Positions 49,208-63,475 of a stretch of DNA of 64,000 bases are shown piece by piece (within the stretch, counting starts at the first letter, position 1; each line of letters opens with the position of its first letter). The stretch is from contig JAPEUI010000071.1 in assembly GCA_026025075.1 (NCBI GenBank), positions 1-64,000 of the forward strand, given 5' to 3'. The notes below the pieces were generated by a model that saw only the letters and a program-made list of their open reading frames with translations, ran no database searches and was not told where the DNA came from. The translations under genes and the position numbers were made by a program. This stretch comes from Vezdaea acicularis (Eukaryota).

Positions 49208-52200
49208 CTAGTTGCCCTCACCTTCTCCGTCAGCTTCCGATTCGTATTCGAACTCTTTTGGCACCTGTGCTTCCTGTGAGTTTTCGTCGTCTTCATCTAC
49301 AGCGGTCAATACACCTGCGGCAGCAGCAGCTCCAACAGCCGCGCCGGCAGTGGCGGTTGCAGTGGCAGCGGCATCACCTGCGCGGCCTGTATTGGCAGCA
49401 CGTTCACCATATGCGCGATTGACTCGGTCGTCTAGAGTTTCTGGGGCAGCAGCTGGTGCGGCAGGAACTTGGCGGGCTTTCAATTCTAGGAGGGTCTTTG
49501 GCTTGCTCGGCTGGGTGTCGGTGAGGAGAATGACACCGCCGGTTGGCTGTAACATAGAGTTAATTTTTAGTGATAGCAATGAAGGAAGTGCATGGGGAAA
49601 CGTACCTTCTTGACAGGCTCATATCGCCCCTCAGGGAAACTGATGAATCTGAGCTGAGCTGGAAGTACGCGCGACATGTTCTCCAATTCGTAGCCAACCT
49701 TTTCCTTTTCAACCCCGGCCTTCTTCTTGACTCCTTCAGCCGGTGGTGTCCCCTCTTTTTCGCCCTCTTTGTCAGCCTTCTTGTCTACTTTCGCTTTTGC
49801 GGCCTCGTCATCCACCTCCATTTTCTCTACTAAGGTTGTCTTGGGCGTGGTAGGTGTTTGATCAATGTCCATCGAATCGGACTTCTGCGCCTTTTCTTTC
49901 TTCTGAGCTCGACGCTTCGCCTGAGCTGTGGTGGACAGAACAGCGGTCGCGACCTTTTCGGGTGCCTCATCCGTCTTGGCTTCCTGCTCAGGAGGATAGT
50001 CAAATAGACTAGGCCGTGTCGCGCTATGGAACCTGAAGCTTGGGATCTCAAGTTCATGGTCAAGGCCAATGACAGATGTAGGTGTGAAGCTGAGAGACAA
50101 GAAGTGGCTGAGTGGGAACCAATACCAGTACTGAGTGAAGACGGCCATGCCCACAATTCCTGCCATATTGAGGTTACCGGTTTGTGTCTGAAGACCAATG
50201 GTACAGTTGCGTCCACCAGCATCAATTATTCCTAGCGCGAGGGCACACCCAAATTTGGCCATTGCGTCCTCATGACGATCTCCAATTGTCTTCATCAGCG
50301 TTTTTCGAATAGATGCAACTTTTGGGTTCATGACTTCGTTCTGTTGGACAAGGATCATCGCCATAGCGATCAGGGCACCTTGTCGTACGAAATCAGTAGG
50401 GTCTTTGATCATAGGTTCTAGTAAGTCAATAGCCTCATCTAACCCAGTGCCGGCGCATGAAATGCCCAACGCCATGGCGGCACCATATCGAACGTGGGGG
50501 TTGTAAGATTCGGAGAGCAACTCTACCATTCGAGGAACGCTGCTTGGCTTGCGGAAGAGGATGAATCCTAGACTCATTACGGCAACCCTTCGAACGTCGT
50601 CATTTACATCGCTGACCGCAACGTGCAGGAGTTTTCGAACGGCCTTGTTGCTTCCACTGCCGCAGTAAGCCATCGCCAACGTCATGATGCCACCATACCG
50701 AAGGGTGGGATCTGGGTCCTCCAAAAGTCCGTTGATCAGTTCATCAGCTGCCTCTTGTCGCGCAAACATGATGAGAGCCATCCCCATTGCTAGGCCACGG
50801 ACGATCTTCTCATGCTGGGTGTCATGCGCGTACTGAATCATGTCCTCAAGAGCCTTGATGCTCCCAGTTCCGAGCATAACTAGTCCCATGGCCAAACCAA
50901 CAGCCTCACCGTTAAGGGCCGAGTCAGTATAGAGTACGGCTTTAAGATCATCGTAAATGTCTTGAGAGCCAGTAGCCATGCCCGCAACGCCAAGGCCTAG
51001 AGCTCCCCCGTGCTGAACAACCTCTTCGCTGGCTTTAGTAAATTGTTCTCGGAGGTAGTCGAGCACGTTAGTTCCGTGATTAGCGTAAATCAGCCCCAAA
51101 GCATATAAAGAGCCTCCTTCGCTATAAGCGGACCCCGCAACCACTGAGTCCCGAGGAAGGTAGGGCGCCAGGAGAGTTTTGCCTTTGCTGAGATTTCCCT
51201 TGTGTATGACCCCTAAAGCAGCAGTGGCAGTAAATTTGGACCAATTCACAGCTTTTCCTAGCCATTCTAGGTTGTCATGGAAGAAGACGTCTTTAGTTGT
51301 GCCTGAGTTCATAAAAGCATTCGCGAGCGTAACGGCTGTATGGAAGATAGAATTCCGAGGCTCCAGACTGTCCTTAATTTTGTTGAGTATGTTCGCATCA
51401 GAATGGTTGTTCCGGTAGAGAAATTCAAGACTGTATTCAATGCTCTTGGTCCCCTGCAGAATCGCATTTATCGACCTGTATGACTTCTCCTGCTCCACAG
51501 ATAGGGCAGGTAGCTTTGGTTCTGCTCTAGATTCCCTCTCATGTAGGTCTGAATGATTTTCATCCAACAGCAGGTCCGACTCTCCTGCATCACGGTCTTC
51601 CCTTGATTCAGCCAAAGAATTAGGCTCTATGGTGGCGTCTGATTTCCCGAAGGATGGCAGTTCCTTGCGGAGCTTCAACAAGAATTCCTGAGTACTGTTG
51701 TCGTAGAGATCAAACGCGATTTGATACGCAATCGCTAGCGATCGCGGGTCCCCCTTTTCGATCAGCTGGCGCAGAATTTGTGACGCCATCGTATGCTGGT
51801 CAAGATATACAACACATTTCGCTATGGCAAAGTAATCTGGGGTAGGTATCTCGTTGAGAAGATCGAGTATAAGCTTGAGGATCTGTAGAGTTGATAAGCA
51901 GTTGCATAATCACAGTTGTACAATGCCGGAGCTTACATCATTCCTCAAGCCTCGTTCTTGGACGATTCCCATGCAGATTTCGAGGACATATTCCATAAGC
52001 TCTTCTCCACTTGCGCCCGTGCCCGTAGCACCACTCTGCTGTGACTTCTTCTCATCATCACTAGCACGTAATATGGCTCTCCGAAGCACGTCCAGGTTGC
52101 GAGCTTCAATTGCAATTCCTACTACTTGTCTGTAACGGCCTTGTTGGAAGCAGCGTTCGAAGAGCTGTTCGATGACTGAGTGTAAACTCTTTTGGATTTC

Positions 52201-52806
52201 ACTGTTCAGGGCAAGCGGCGCAGGATGCGAGCCTACTACACCGGCGTTACCGCCAGATGGGAGAGACGGGTCGAAGTTCGTGGATGTTGCTTGACGTGAG
52301 AGAAGTGATTTGGACGGTAACGTAGACTGTGAGAAAGGAGTGGTTGGTGAGGCCAAGCCAGCGGCAGTGCTTGCGCCACCAGTATTGCTTTGAGGGAAGG
52401 CAGTGGTAAGTTGAAGTGGAGGTTGATTTGTTGCGTTTGCTGGCACTGCAGGGTTATTCATCGCCGATAGAGCGATGTATGTGTCGACGCATTTTGATAT
52501 TATTGTGTCTTCGAACTCGCCTTCGTGGTCTAATCGAAAGAGTTTACCAGCACCCAGTGCGAATACCATGCTCTCATTGTAATCTTGCAAGTGATAGTAG
52601 ACTTTAGCGGCCACCAGAGCTGCAAGCTCACGCTCAGGGAACGCTTCATCCTCGTATAGAGCCTCGATCTGGCCCACGGAGCCAGCAACTTCAGTCCATA
52701 ATAGACTCATCAGATTGTCTAGGCTTTTGAGGGCGAAGATGCTAAGATCTGGGTCAGGCTCAGCTAAGAAGCCGACCAGACCAGCAGCAGATGATATTAC
52801 AGCCAT
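49208..52806 (-). CDS. RPN2: 26S proteasome regulatory subunit Rpn2
   Basis: NWSKFTATAALGVIH, PC repeats, LLHVAVSDVNDDVRR, YNPHVRYG, FTQYWYWFPL; exons 52806-51937, 51882-49606, 49546-49208. Confidence 0.97.
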
Positions 52807-53751
52807 ATCGCGGTGGTACTCTGTTAAGGGTGCTGAAAGAGTGTAGGAAGGGTAGGAAAGATCGAGGTACGTGACTGTGGTCGTGTGACTGTAGAGGCGA
52901 TCGTTTCCAGAGTAGCTACAGGACGTAGGGAGTTAAGGAAAGTTTATGGTCTGGCCCACACTAAGACGTCTGAATTATACTGCTGGAGCCTCAACAGAGG
53001 ACGACAAATGCGGTAAAGGATAACGCAGAGCGTTTTGTCGGGGAGTCCAACGATGTCCTTGCTTAGAGAAGGAGGAAGCGTCAGCAAGGCCAGGCGCAAC
53101 GTAAGACAGGACCGAAGAGAAGCGAAGGCCTCAGTTTTTGGTACGCCAACACGTAACAGAGGCGCGCACCCGCTTGCACTACGTTTACCAAAGTCACGTG
53201 GCAATTGCCTTTTTGTCTCTTTGGCCTAATGAGCTCAGGGAGAACCATAAAACATTGAACGTAAAATAATATCAAGCCTTCGTTCAATTGAATTGTGAGA
53301 CATATGCTGTCTATGAGGGTAAAGTTCGGGTTTCAGGGCTGGTCAGTTGGATGGAAATATAAGGGCGCTATTCCCAACGCAGGTTAATGCGATCTGGGAT
53401 TATGAGCAGCCCGACAAAGGCGACGTATAAACATTGACATCGCTATTTGGTACCTATTCGAATCTCGCCTTCATAAGCATCGGCTGCGGATACCTATATG
53501 AGAGGCTATCCAGTCCTCTGAAAGGCCCATGCTAGACCTTAGAGTGATTGCGCCCAGTAGGACGACTGTGCGCGTTCATAGATCGCTGCCTGTACATCGG
53601 TTTTGAAGACAATCACTACAAACGCTCGCCGCGCAGGGCCGCACGCGCAAAAGCTACAGTGAAGCCCTGGCTGGTGTAACGAGCAATAGAGCTATTGATT
53701 CAGTTTCTAGGCAACAGATTGGGCCGTCAGATCCGCGTTCGAGCCTTCGAT

Positions 53752-56587
53752 ATGGATATCCGGTCTATGATCAACTCGGACACATCAAGTTCAAAACAGG
53801 CTCAAACGATCCTCCCGTCAAGTCAACCTACGCCCCGCCTATTTTCCGTTGAACAAGAACAAAGAGCACATTCAGCGCCGTATCCATACGAAAACGGTGC
53901 CCAACACAGGCCTGGCCCCCCTCCCCCCTTACAACCAGTTTCCCAAAATGACTTCAGATCTCCCGGAGGTTCTTCCACGTACCACTCGGCACAATCGCCG
54001 TACCAGCATACCCCTTCCCCTGCTCTAAGTAGTGGGCAGTACCCTTTTCCGCAAATTTCCTCAAATCAGAGTCCCGTACAGCCTCAACATCCTCACCCCG
54101 CATCCTTGTCGCATCACCACTCGTATCCCTCTGTGCCTTCTCCCGCTCACCCTGCGCCTAACCCTTATGCCCAGCAGAGTCCGTCGTCTTTTACTCCAAC
54201 AGCTGTCACCCCAGGTGGCCATACATATCACCAGCGCCCACCTTCGATTTCTTCACACTCAACGACTCCGCAGTCCGCACAAAGCCAACCCCATTTTACC
54301 CATCGCGATAGCCCTCTCTCTGCCCATTCACAGTCATACCCTCACCTTCATCAAAATAATTCGCTGCCGGGAACTCCTTTAGGCCCGCCAGGAAGCCTAC
54401 CTCGAACATCCGCTGGCGGCATACGAGAACCTCAGAGCCCTTATTCCCATCAACGGACACTTTCATCGACTTCACACAATAGCATACCTTTTTCATATGC
54501 GCCATCGCCAACAGCAACATCAATCCCTCCGCTGAATTCAAGTATCAGAGAAGGTAGACCCAACATTCAGTCCTCATCACTCTCGCCCACTGTTGAACGC
54601 CGAATGAGTCATCGCGACTACGCGGTAGAGCGAGAAAGGGAACGCAGTCTAAGTGTTAGTCCTAAGACGAAGACTCCCAGCCAAATAAATTTAGGCGTAA
54701 CAAGTACAAAACATGAAAGAGAAGACTGGGCAGAGCGCATGGCCCCTGTAAGAAAACGGTCAGACGAACCACCCAATACCCTTCCTTTTGGCCATCAACC
54801 CCAGAACCCGAACGGTTTGAATACTTTTGTACAAGAAAGGCAGCCGGCTCACCCTGTATTGAATAGTAAGGCAGATTTATTTGCAGATATTTCACTCTCA
54901 AGCGAAAACTCGCCGCCAACGAATGATTCGAATGGTATGAAAGCCGAACACCAAGACAAAACACATCTTCAAGGAGGCAGGTTAGGGACTGGACCTCCTT
55001 CGGTTTCTACCTCAACCCTTTCAAATGCCACAGTGAACAATAGTAGACCGGGATCGCTAGATCAGCAAACGTTACTGAATCAACAAACTCTAGGGGTCGC
55101 CAGGTCCTCAACAGCAGAAACGCAGCACCGAACTAGTAACATTGTACCCGACCCAGCAATTAAATCTAGATTAGAAGCTTCAAACCCATCAGCAGCTGTA
55201 TGCACACCTTTACAGCCATTAGAGTCGTCAAAAAATGGACTGAAAAGAAGGATTAGCCAGTCGACAGCGTCAGGTTCAGCGTCTTCGCCTCAACAGCCTC
55301 GAAAGAAACGGACGAAATATGCAGAGATTCCAATCTTTGCTCGAAAAGCAAGCGTTCATAGACCTATCGGCGGTAACTCAAAGGCTGCCATCAAATTGGA
55401 AAACAGCAATCATCCCTCACATCTAGCCTTAGGGAAAATTCAAGAGACCAATAACCAAAAACTTTCGTCGTCCCCGTGTAGTGACGCTGTCAGCGTGCAG
55501 GGTACTAATGGATCATTAGAGGGCCCTTCACTGCCACGAGCTCAACCGCAGCCAAGATCGGCAGGACCTCTAGAGCCCTGGGAGCCAAGTTTCCTAAATA
55601 TCATACCCCATGAAGAGTTGACAAGATCGATTTCGGACTTCCTGTATACGCAAGTCATAGAAAGAGACGATGTTGGTTTTGGTGCCGCTACTGCCCAGCA
55701 GGGTGCAGTCATAGAAGTGGAGGCAAAGATTGGGCAACTCATCGATAAAAACACTAACGAAAGACTTCGCCTGCCTGTTGAGACCGAATGCGTTGTTAGT
55801 AGGAACGATCCAAGCTTACGAATAGCTTTTAAGAGCTCTATGACGGCTGTGAGTAGACCTCTGCACTCTCCCAGTCTCTATACTCGGTGTCTAACTATTA
55901 CATCCGCTTCAGGGCCAACACCAGAAAGTCAACGAGTACTTGAACCGTGCTATACAAGCATCCTTGAAGCCAGGACGAATTTCAATGGCATACAAGCATC
56001 CAGTAGAAGTCGATGCTTTCTATGAACTTTCATCCTCTGCGTCGCTGTCTCTTCCTCCTTCTATCCGCAATTCCGCCAACAAGAATCACCAAACGAGGCT
56101 ACGAGTTACGACGGACCAGAAGACTGGAGAGGTGAAAGCGAGGATTATCAAAGTCAGAGTTGCAGATCTAGATGTGTACAGTCCACGTACGCCATTCGAT
56201 TGGAGAGTCAGCGTCAATCTTGAAATGAATTATAAAGAGGACGAGAAGTTTTTGACTAAAGTCTCAGAAAGAGGAGCAAATATCGAAAGGAAAAAGGACC
56301 GAGTGAGCTACAATCATCTCGCGTATCAGATTGACCTTACGCAGGTCACACCTAATGACGTTAGTTTGACCTGGGCTAGCTCACCATTGTTCCAGGCTTT
56401 GCTAATTACTCATTTTGTCTAGAAAACGTCATTTGTTGATAAAGAGCACGAATTAGAGATTGAGGTCAATAGCAAAACGCTGCGTGAGCAAGGGCTCCTT
56501 GCTAAGGCCCAGAAGCCGTCGCAATATGAAGATCTAGTCCGCGGGTTTGTTGATAATGTACGATTGCTGGCAAGAATCAGGGAATGA
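53752..56587 (+). CDS. CET1: mRNA-capping enzyme beta subunit (RNA 5'-triphosphatase, CYTH family)
   Basis: PIFA motif, EVEAKIG (motif A), RLRVTTD, DWRVSVNLE, RKKDRVSY, HELEIE (motif C); introns 55849-55912 and 56360-56422. Confidence 0.93.
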
Positions 56588-57149
56588 AGCGTGCTTTGAA
56601 TAGGAGGAAGGCTTTTCTTCTTGCTTTGTCTTATCACACTATGACGCTTGTGCAAACTTACTTATGATCCTTAGGTGGGAGGCATTTGGCATTAAAGGGA
56701 TCATCTTTTAAAAGCGTATCCATATCGGACATGCGTAGCATTGCGAGGAGCTTGGCGTCTTCTCGCCACCGTGGAGCTGAGGCGCCTGAGCTAAGTTTAA
56801 TCCATATACGAACACCACTAAGCCTTGGTATATCAGCCTTAATATCACCGCAATTTATTTGCAATAACCTCTCGTCCAAAGTGTACGTGAAGCTTTAAAT
56901 TTGTATGTCTCAATCTCGCTTGCAACACTACTCTGTGCCAGTATAGCCTGAAGCCTTGCACATTCATCTTGCTGGCTTGTTGCTGGTGGCTCGCGTTCAT
57001 CGTTGAGCCAGAGTCTGGTCGCAACGCTGATGAGGATGAGCTTTGTGACCTTGTATGACACTTGGTAAAGCTTGGATGCCTTCTCACACGGAAGCTTTTG
57101 GTGCCTCAGTACATCGATGACTATCAACAATTCATATAGCTCATCAATT

Positions 57150-57534
57150 TCACCCTCCTGCTTTTACGCTAGACTGTATAACTCTGTTAGGATATTCCTC
57201 AATTTCGATCTTGGTGATGTAGCGTCCTGGCACGACGACGAGCCCAAGGAATCGACTTGTCATATTTAGCGTAATAGATTGAGGCTGGTTCATATCAACC
57301 GAGATCACCTCGCTCACTGCGGATGGAGAGGGATGTCGATACTCCTGGGTCTTTGCAAGAATGACATTTTGCTCCTAATTAACCTTAGAAGGAGCTTTTT
57401 GGAGGCTTTCGTGAAGTACGCACTTTGTCGGTGCATTTCATCTCACCTATGAACATGCGGGTGTCGGTCGTGGTAATTCGGAGCTGTTTGCCCAGAAGAG
57501 CGGAGAGATATTGGATGGCTCTCGTATTATCCAT
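57150..57534 (-). CDS. MAK31: LSM-domain protein, NatC auxiliary subunit Mak31/NAA38-like (111 aa); absent from the ORF track
   Basis: Exons 57534-57424 and 57374-57150: MDNTRAIQYLSALLGKQLRITTTDTRMFIGEMKCTDK|EQNVILAKTQEYR...SRFLGLVVVPGRYITKIE, matching Sm1 and Sm2 motifs. Confidence 0.85.
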
Positions 57535-57764
57535 ATTATAGAGACTACTTTAGCCCTAACGGAGCATTATGGTTGTAAACTGGGGAACGCTGTTGGGCAC
57601 GTGCTTTCGTGTTTAGTACCTGATGTCATTCAAGCCGAAAGTGGAGGTCGTCGCGAAATCGAATAGCGTCCACGATTGTTAACGGCGAACCCAGGAAGAT
57701 TGGGCGAGCCCATCATACAATCTGGTGCCATGCCGTTGAGATCTATCACATATTCTCTCTCGTT

Positions 57765-60700
57765 ATGGGTGTTACTGGCCTTTGGACCGTCGTCCAACCA
57801 TGCGCCCGACCCATAAAACTTGAAACGTTGAATAAAAAACGCCTTGCTGTTGACGCCTCAATCTGGATCTACCAGTTTCTCAAAGCAGTCAGAGACAAGC
57901 AAGGGAATGCGCTTAGGAACAGTCATGTTGTCGGATTCTTCCGAAGAATATGCAAGCTACTGTTCTTCGGAATCAAGCCAGTCTTCGTCTTCGATGGCGG
58001 AGCACCGGCTCTCAAGAGGCAAACCATCATCGGCCGAAAGCAGAGACGCGAGGGGAGAAGAGAAGATGCAGTCAGGACTGCAGGCAAGCTTCTTGCCTTG
58101 CAGATGCAAAGAAGGGCGGAGGAAGATGCCGAGAAAAGAAAGCATGAGAGGGCTCAGTATGCTTCTTCAATCAAGGCCCCATAACACTTTACTCATAGCT
58201 CTACAGGCCCCCTCAAGAGGACGAAGAGCCTTTACCCGAGGACCTAGTCTATGTAGAAGAACTGCAAATGACACCACAAGAACGGAGGCAGCACCGGACA
58301 TTTCGAAAGAAGGACGCATATCATCTGCCAGATTTAGACGTCTCCATGGAGAACATGGGTGCATCTAATGATCCCCGAATAATGTCTCAAGAAGATTTAG
58401 AGGAATACGCTAAGCAGTTCCATAGTGATGAAGACATCAATCTCTATGATTTTTCAAAAATAGACTTCAATTCTCCTTTCTTCCTATCTTTACCTGCGTC
58501 AGATCGATACAATATCCTTAATGCAGCCAGGCTTCGCTCAAGGCTGAGGATGGGGGTGTCTAAAGAGCAGCTGGATACTATGTTCCCGGACAGGATGGCA
58601 TTTTCCCGATTTCAAATCGATCGAGTGAAGGAACGTAATGAATTAACGCAACGACTCATGAACATTAATGGCATGAATGATGACGATGCTATGGCAGGTA
58701 TGAATGGCTTTGGTAGGGTGGCAGGAGAGAAGGGAAGAGAATACGTTCTTGTCAAGAACGATGGGGTGGAGGGTGGGTGGGCACTAGGGGTTGTAACAGA
58801 TAAGAACGAAGGGAAAAGGAACAAACCAATCGACGTAGACGGCTGGAGCAAGATACCGAATGATGAAGTTGAAAACAACAATGATGAAATGGACGATGAG
58901 GACAATGCTTTTGAAGACGTCCCGATCGAGGGGCTGAACCGGCTCCCAAAACGCAACAGTCTACACCAATATCTTGCTCGCGATGACATGAATCGCATGG
59001 ATGAATTATCTAGGCAGAGACAGGTTCTCTATAGTGCCAGGAAAGCTGCCGCTGAAGGAGCTAAAACAGATGTGCAAAACACGGCAAGCGACGACTTATT
59101 TGTGGCTAGAGGTGAGGATTTAGACGCTGAGGGAATGGATAATCTAGATGAGCTCTTTGAAAGTGTAGGAGATGATGAAAGCCTCGGAAATGAGGACGAG
59201 CAATTGAGCCGAGCAATCGCAATGTCACTCGAAGATACCGACCGGTTTGACTTTGAAGAGAAGGCCCTAGAGATTCCGCATCAATCGAAGGTTTCAGTGG
59301 CAAAGCCCTTCTCTCGAGGCAACGGTTGCATGATAGCTCATAATGGAAACAACCAGAGCAATTCTGCATCTTCGAAAACACAACAAGTGCCTGATGATGA
59401 TGAAGACGAAGATATTGACTTGCGCGCGGCTCTTTTAGCGGCTCGAAAAGCAGCTCCGCCAGCTCCCCAGGCCCAGAAACTAGCCACGAAGGTATCTGCT
59501 GACAAGTCTCCTTCTCCGCAAAATTTCCCTCCTAGCAACAGTCTATTCGATGGGCCGTTGCCATTCGAGAAAGTGAATCTTGGATCTTTCTTAAGCAAGA
59601 AACAGAAGGAGACTGTTCACGAGGCTGGTGGCTTTGAACGAGAACAGACCAATGAGTCAAAGGAGGGGGGGAAACCGAGGTCAAAACCGCTACCACCATG
59701 GTTTTCTGGGGAGCCACAAGTAGCAAAGAAGGATGAGCGTGCTCCACTAGACCTCGAATTTGATGGTTCAAATTTGGAAAAGCGATTGAGTGCCCCTGAG
59801 TCGCTTAAAGTGCTTGCTAAACACGCAACTGCTGAAGTTATCGAGTTAGATGGTTCTGAAGACGATGGGAATAAAAGGCCAAGAGGGGATCTGGAAAACT
59901 CAAGTTCCTCAAATACAGCTCAAGATCACTCCTTGAAGACAGTTGTGGCAAACTCCACGCAGAAACTCATTCAGACAAGCTTGAGTCCGCAAGAGGTGTT
60001 AGACGTACTCGGCCCTGAAACGTCCGATGAAGAGACGGAATGGTCTGAAAGCAGTCACGAGGATGTCCCCTCGAAGAGACCAGCTGTGTCTTCAAGACGC
60101 GTAGATACACAAAGTCGGAGGACCAAGTCACCATTTTCTGAATTTGAAAATGCTGAACCATTTACTCAAGTCCCAGCTGTCGAGGCCAGCAAGACTGATT
60201 CAGCACCAATTGAGCCATCGGCTAGGACATCCCCACATGAGCCATCTTTGCTGCAAGACCTCGAACTAGATGATGAAGATGGCGCATACTCAGACCCCGA
60301 GGACGCCGACCTCTTCCAGCAGCTGGCTGCGGAGGCTGATGAGCATGCGCGCTTCGCGGCCGAGTTAAATCATCAGTCTTCTGTACAAACAGCAGCAGAC
60401 TATGAACGCGAATTCAAGGCACTTCGCTCACAACAGAAGAAGGACCGTCGAGATGCTGATGAAGTGACTCAGATCATGATCCAGGAGTGTCAGCAGCTTC
60501 TCAAACTATTTGGACTGCCCTACATTACCGCACCCATGGAGGCTGAGGCACAGTGCGCCGAACTCGTTCGACTCGGCCTTGTTGATGGCATTGTGACTGA
60601 TGATTCCGATATCTTTCTATTCGGCGGCACGCGTGTCTACAAGAACATGTTCAATCAGGCTAAGTTCGTCGAGTGCTACCTGGCGTCTGATCTTGAGAAG

Positions 60701-61453
60701 GAGTTTGCACTCGATCGTGATAAGCTCATCCGCATTGCTCATCTACTTGGAAGTGATTACACGGAAGGTTTACCAACCATTGGTCCCGTCACGGCTCTAG
60801 AGATCGTATCTGAGTTCGATGACTTGATCGCTTTCAGGGACTGGTGGGGAGAAGTGCAGACAATGAACCCCGCCCTTAATCCACCTAAAAGCGAGCCTAC
60901 AGCATTCCGGAAAAAGTTTCGGAAAAACACAACTCGTCTTTTCCTCCCACCAGCTTTTCCCGACGCGCGCGTCGATCATGCGTACTGGTACCCAGATGTG
61001 GACTCTGACACTTCCGCCTTTGTCTGGGGCGTTCCGGATCTCAACGCTCTGCGAGCATTCCTCATGGCTACCATTGGCTGGACGAGAGAACGTACGGATG
61101 AGGTACTAGTCCCTGTTATTCGTGACATGAATAGACGCGAGCGGGAGGGAACGCAATCTAATATCACCAACTATTTCGCGGGTGCGGTAGGCGTGGGTGC
61201 CGCACCCAGTGAGAGTGGCACGGGCTCTTACGCACCGCGCCGACGGGAAGTTGGAAAGAGTAAGAGGATGGCAGGCGCGTTAGGACGGCTCCAGGAGCAG
61301 GCTAAAAGGAAGAGGACAGGTCAGAGAAGTCCAGAAGGAGAGATTGATGCAGTGGTGGAAGAGCAGGAGGCAGAAAATGTCACTACCAAAGCCAGAGAAA
61401 ACCAACCAAAGAAGAGAATGAGAGCCTCGAGGTCAAAAGCTACGAGGAAGTAA
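57765..61453 (+). CDS. RAD2: XPG/Rad2 DNA excision-repair endonuclease
   Basis: MGVTGLW, LAVDASIWIYQF, PVFVFDGG (XPG-N); APMEAEAQCA, TDDSDIFLFGG, LLGSDYTEG (XPG-I, H3TH); UIM-like EQLSRAIAMSL; intron 58157-58206. Confidence 0.97.
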
Positions 61454-61816
61454 GTTGAGTTATCACCAACTAGCGATGAAGATGCATATGTAGGATTAGA
61501 CTCAGAGTGGATATAAATCTCTGCTAAGAACAGAAAACGCAAGACCTAAATGAAAGCTCAGTCAAATGAAAACTAAATGTCTCCATCTTTTGCTGTATAC
61601 ATAGCGTAAATCTTTGCAAAGACGCATGCGCGTCATAAAGAGCACATTGCCTGACCATTGTGATTGACCTCTTCAAAGCTTCGATTGTGTTAATGAAAAG
61701 CAATTGAACTCCCATGTCATTTGAGAATATTTCAGGTAATAGAGCCAAATATCCATTCTATTTGACATGTGTCGTATATATTTGCCAATAAAGCCCTGAT
61801 CACGTTAATACAATCA

Positions 61817-61897
61817 TCTTCCTTGGTCTAGTGGTCATGATTTCCGCTTGTCATCGACAAAGCGCGGGAGACCGGGGTTCGATTCCCCGAGGGAGAG
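61817..61897 (+). tRNA. tRNA-Asp(GTC) with 9-nt intron
   Basis: TCTTCCT/AGGGAGA acceptor stem, A box TGGTCTAGTGG, TCCGC-TT-GTC-A[TCGACAAAG]C-GCGGG, B box GGTTCGATTCC, T9 terminator at 61908-61916. Confidence 0.95.
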
Positions 61898-62296
61898 GTA
61901 AATCATATTTTTTTTTGGTAGGATCCTTGGTGCTAGGAATTTACAATGCTTTTTTTTAGATTGAGGGGTGTGCAGGAAAGTGAGTTGTAATGGTCGGCGT
62001 ATTTAGGACCTGGCTTGACCGACAGCTCTGCGGAACCGAGCGATGAGTTGGATATCAAATCTGGGTTTCTCAGATTGACTTAATACCCACTTGCGTAGCT
62101 CCATAGGCACCACTGACGGGAATAGACTTTATACTAAGATACCGCTATCGTTGTATCTCTAAGAAAAGGATTCAAGCTCGTATAGCGAAAGCTATTCTCA
62201 TCAGGTCATGCAAACCTCATCCACAACCAGCCATCCTTCCCTTACAATATGTTCGGATCACGATAATCAATATGATCATCAAATAAGGTATTTAAG

Positions 62297-63475
62297 CTAA
62301 GCCCATTTACCTAGGAGGGCCATCAAACCAGCACCCAAGCACATAATACCGAAAGCTGTCAAAACATGCTGCAAACTCGCCTTCCGCATCGATTGGCTAA
62401 ACATAAATTCATGCGCCAAGAGCTCGACTAGCCCTGTATAAATCAAGATTCCTGCGCTGATCGAGTCAAAGATGCCGTTCACAATCAAAGCAGTCGCCGA
62501 TCCGGGCAAGTAGGACTGTCGAAGGCCAAGCCCTATAGCGATAGAGATCGGTGTCGAAAGACCATAGGATACAGCCATGATATAGGGCGTCCATCGCTTT
62601 CTTTGAGGCCAGGGAACGACAGCGAGACGCGAGCCCAGACCGAGGCCTTCAAATGTCTGGTGGAAAACTAGAACCACGTAGAGAGTGGTGAACTCGGCTC
62701 CCGACACTGCAAGTGTTAGGCCGACAAAGATGGAATGGAATATCACGCCAAATTCAAGGATGAAGATGGCCGTGAGCTGAGCACTGTAGGTCTCCACACC
62801 AATATGGTCATCATGCGGTCCTTGAAATTCAGCGTCGACATGCTCTCGTGCATGGCCAAGGTGATTATCGCCAGGAACGTTCGAGGTATCCCGTGGAGTA
62901 ATGTGTTTGGCTTGTTTATCTTGAGCTTCCACTTCTCGAACAGAGTCATCATCTGGATGTGCAAAGATAGCGAAACGCATGGCCATGAGTTCGACAAAGA
63001 ACAAGGCGAATATGGCCATAAGACATATCCCGTTCACCCAGTCATACTCAGTTATGGGCCCAGTAAGACACGGATTGCGGAGGGCATCGTTGGCTGGTGA
63101 CAGTAGCTTTGAGTAAAACGTCAGCAAGGTTTGCTACAAATATTTCCCGAACTCATACTAACATGGATGAATGCAGTTGCGATGATAACGCCGGATCCGA
63201 AGTACTTGGCGACGAAGAACGCCCATTCTGGTACACCGACTCTCTTGTGTCTGTATGCAAAGACAGGGAATACAGCCCCTATTTTTGTGAGCATCGGACC
63301 TGTTTCTTTGAGAGGGGCACCTGAACTTACCAATCGTGGACCCTAGCAGGATCACAAAGAGTGCCGAAACTCTTAAACCAATCCTTCCGTCAAAGTCATT
63401 TCCAGTTTGACACACAGGCACTTGGTCCGTTGCATCTCGAGTAAAGACAGTGACAGTCTGCAGGAGCTGCAACAT
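62297..63475 (-). CDS. ZIP-family zinc uptake transporter (Zrt2/ZrfB-like)
   Basis: CQTGNDFDGRIGLRV, AKYFGSGVIIATAFIH, ILEFGVIFHSIFVGL, HQTFEGLGLG, LLGKWA; exons 63475-63331, 63278-63163, 63106-62297. Confidence 0.93.

Noticed and set aside
53198..53204. GTGGCAA Rpn4/PACE-like site upstream of RPN2
   Set aside because: Only a partial match to the consensus; not supportable without comparative data.
56658..57130. Minus-strand ORFs between CET1 and the LSM gene
   Set aside because: No ATG-led spliced model or recognisable motif.
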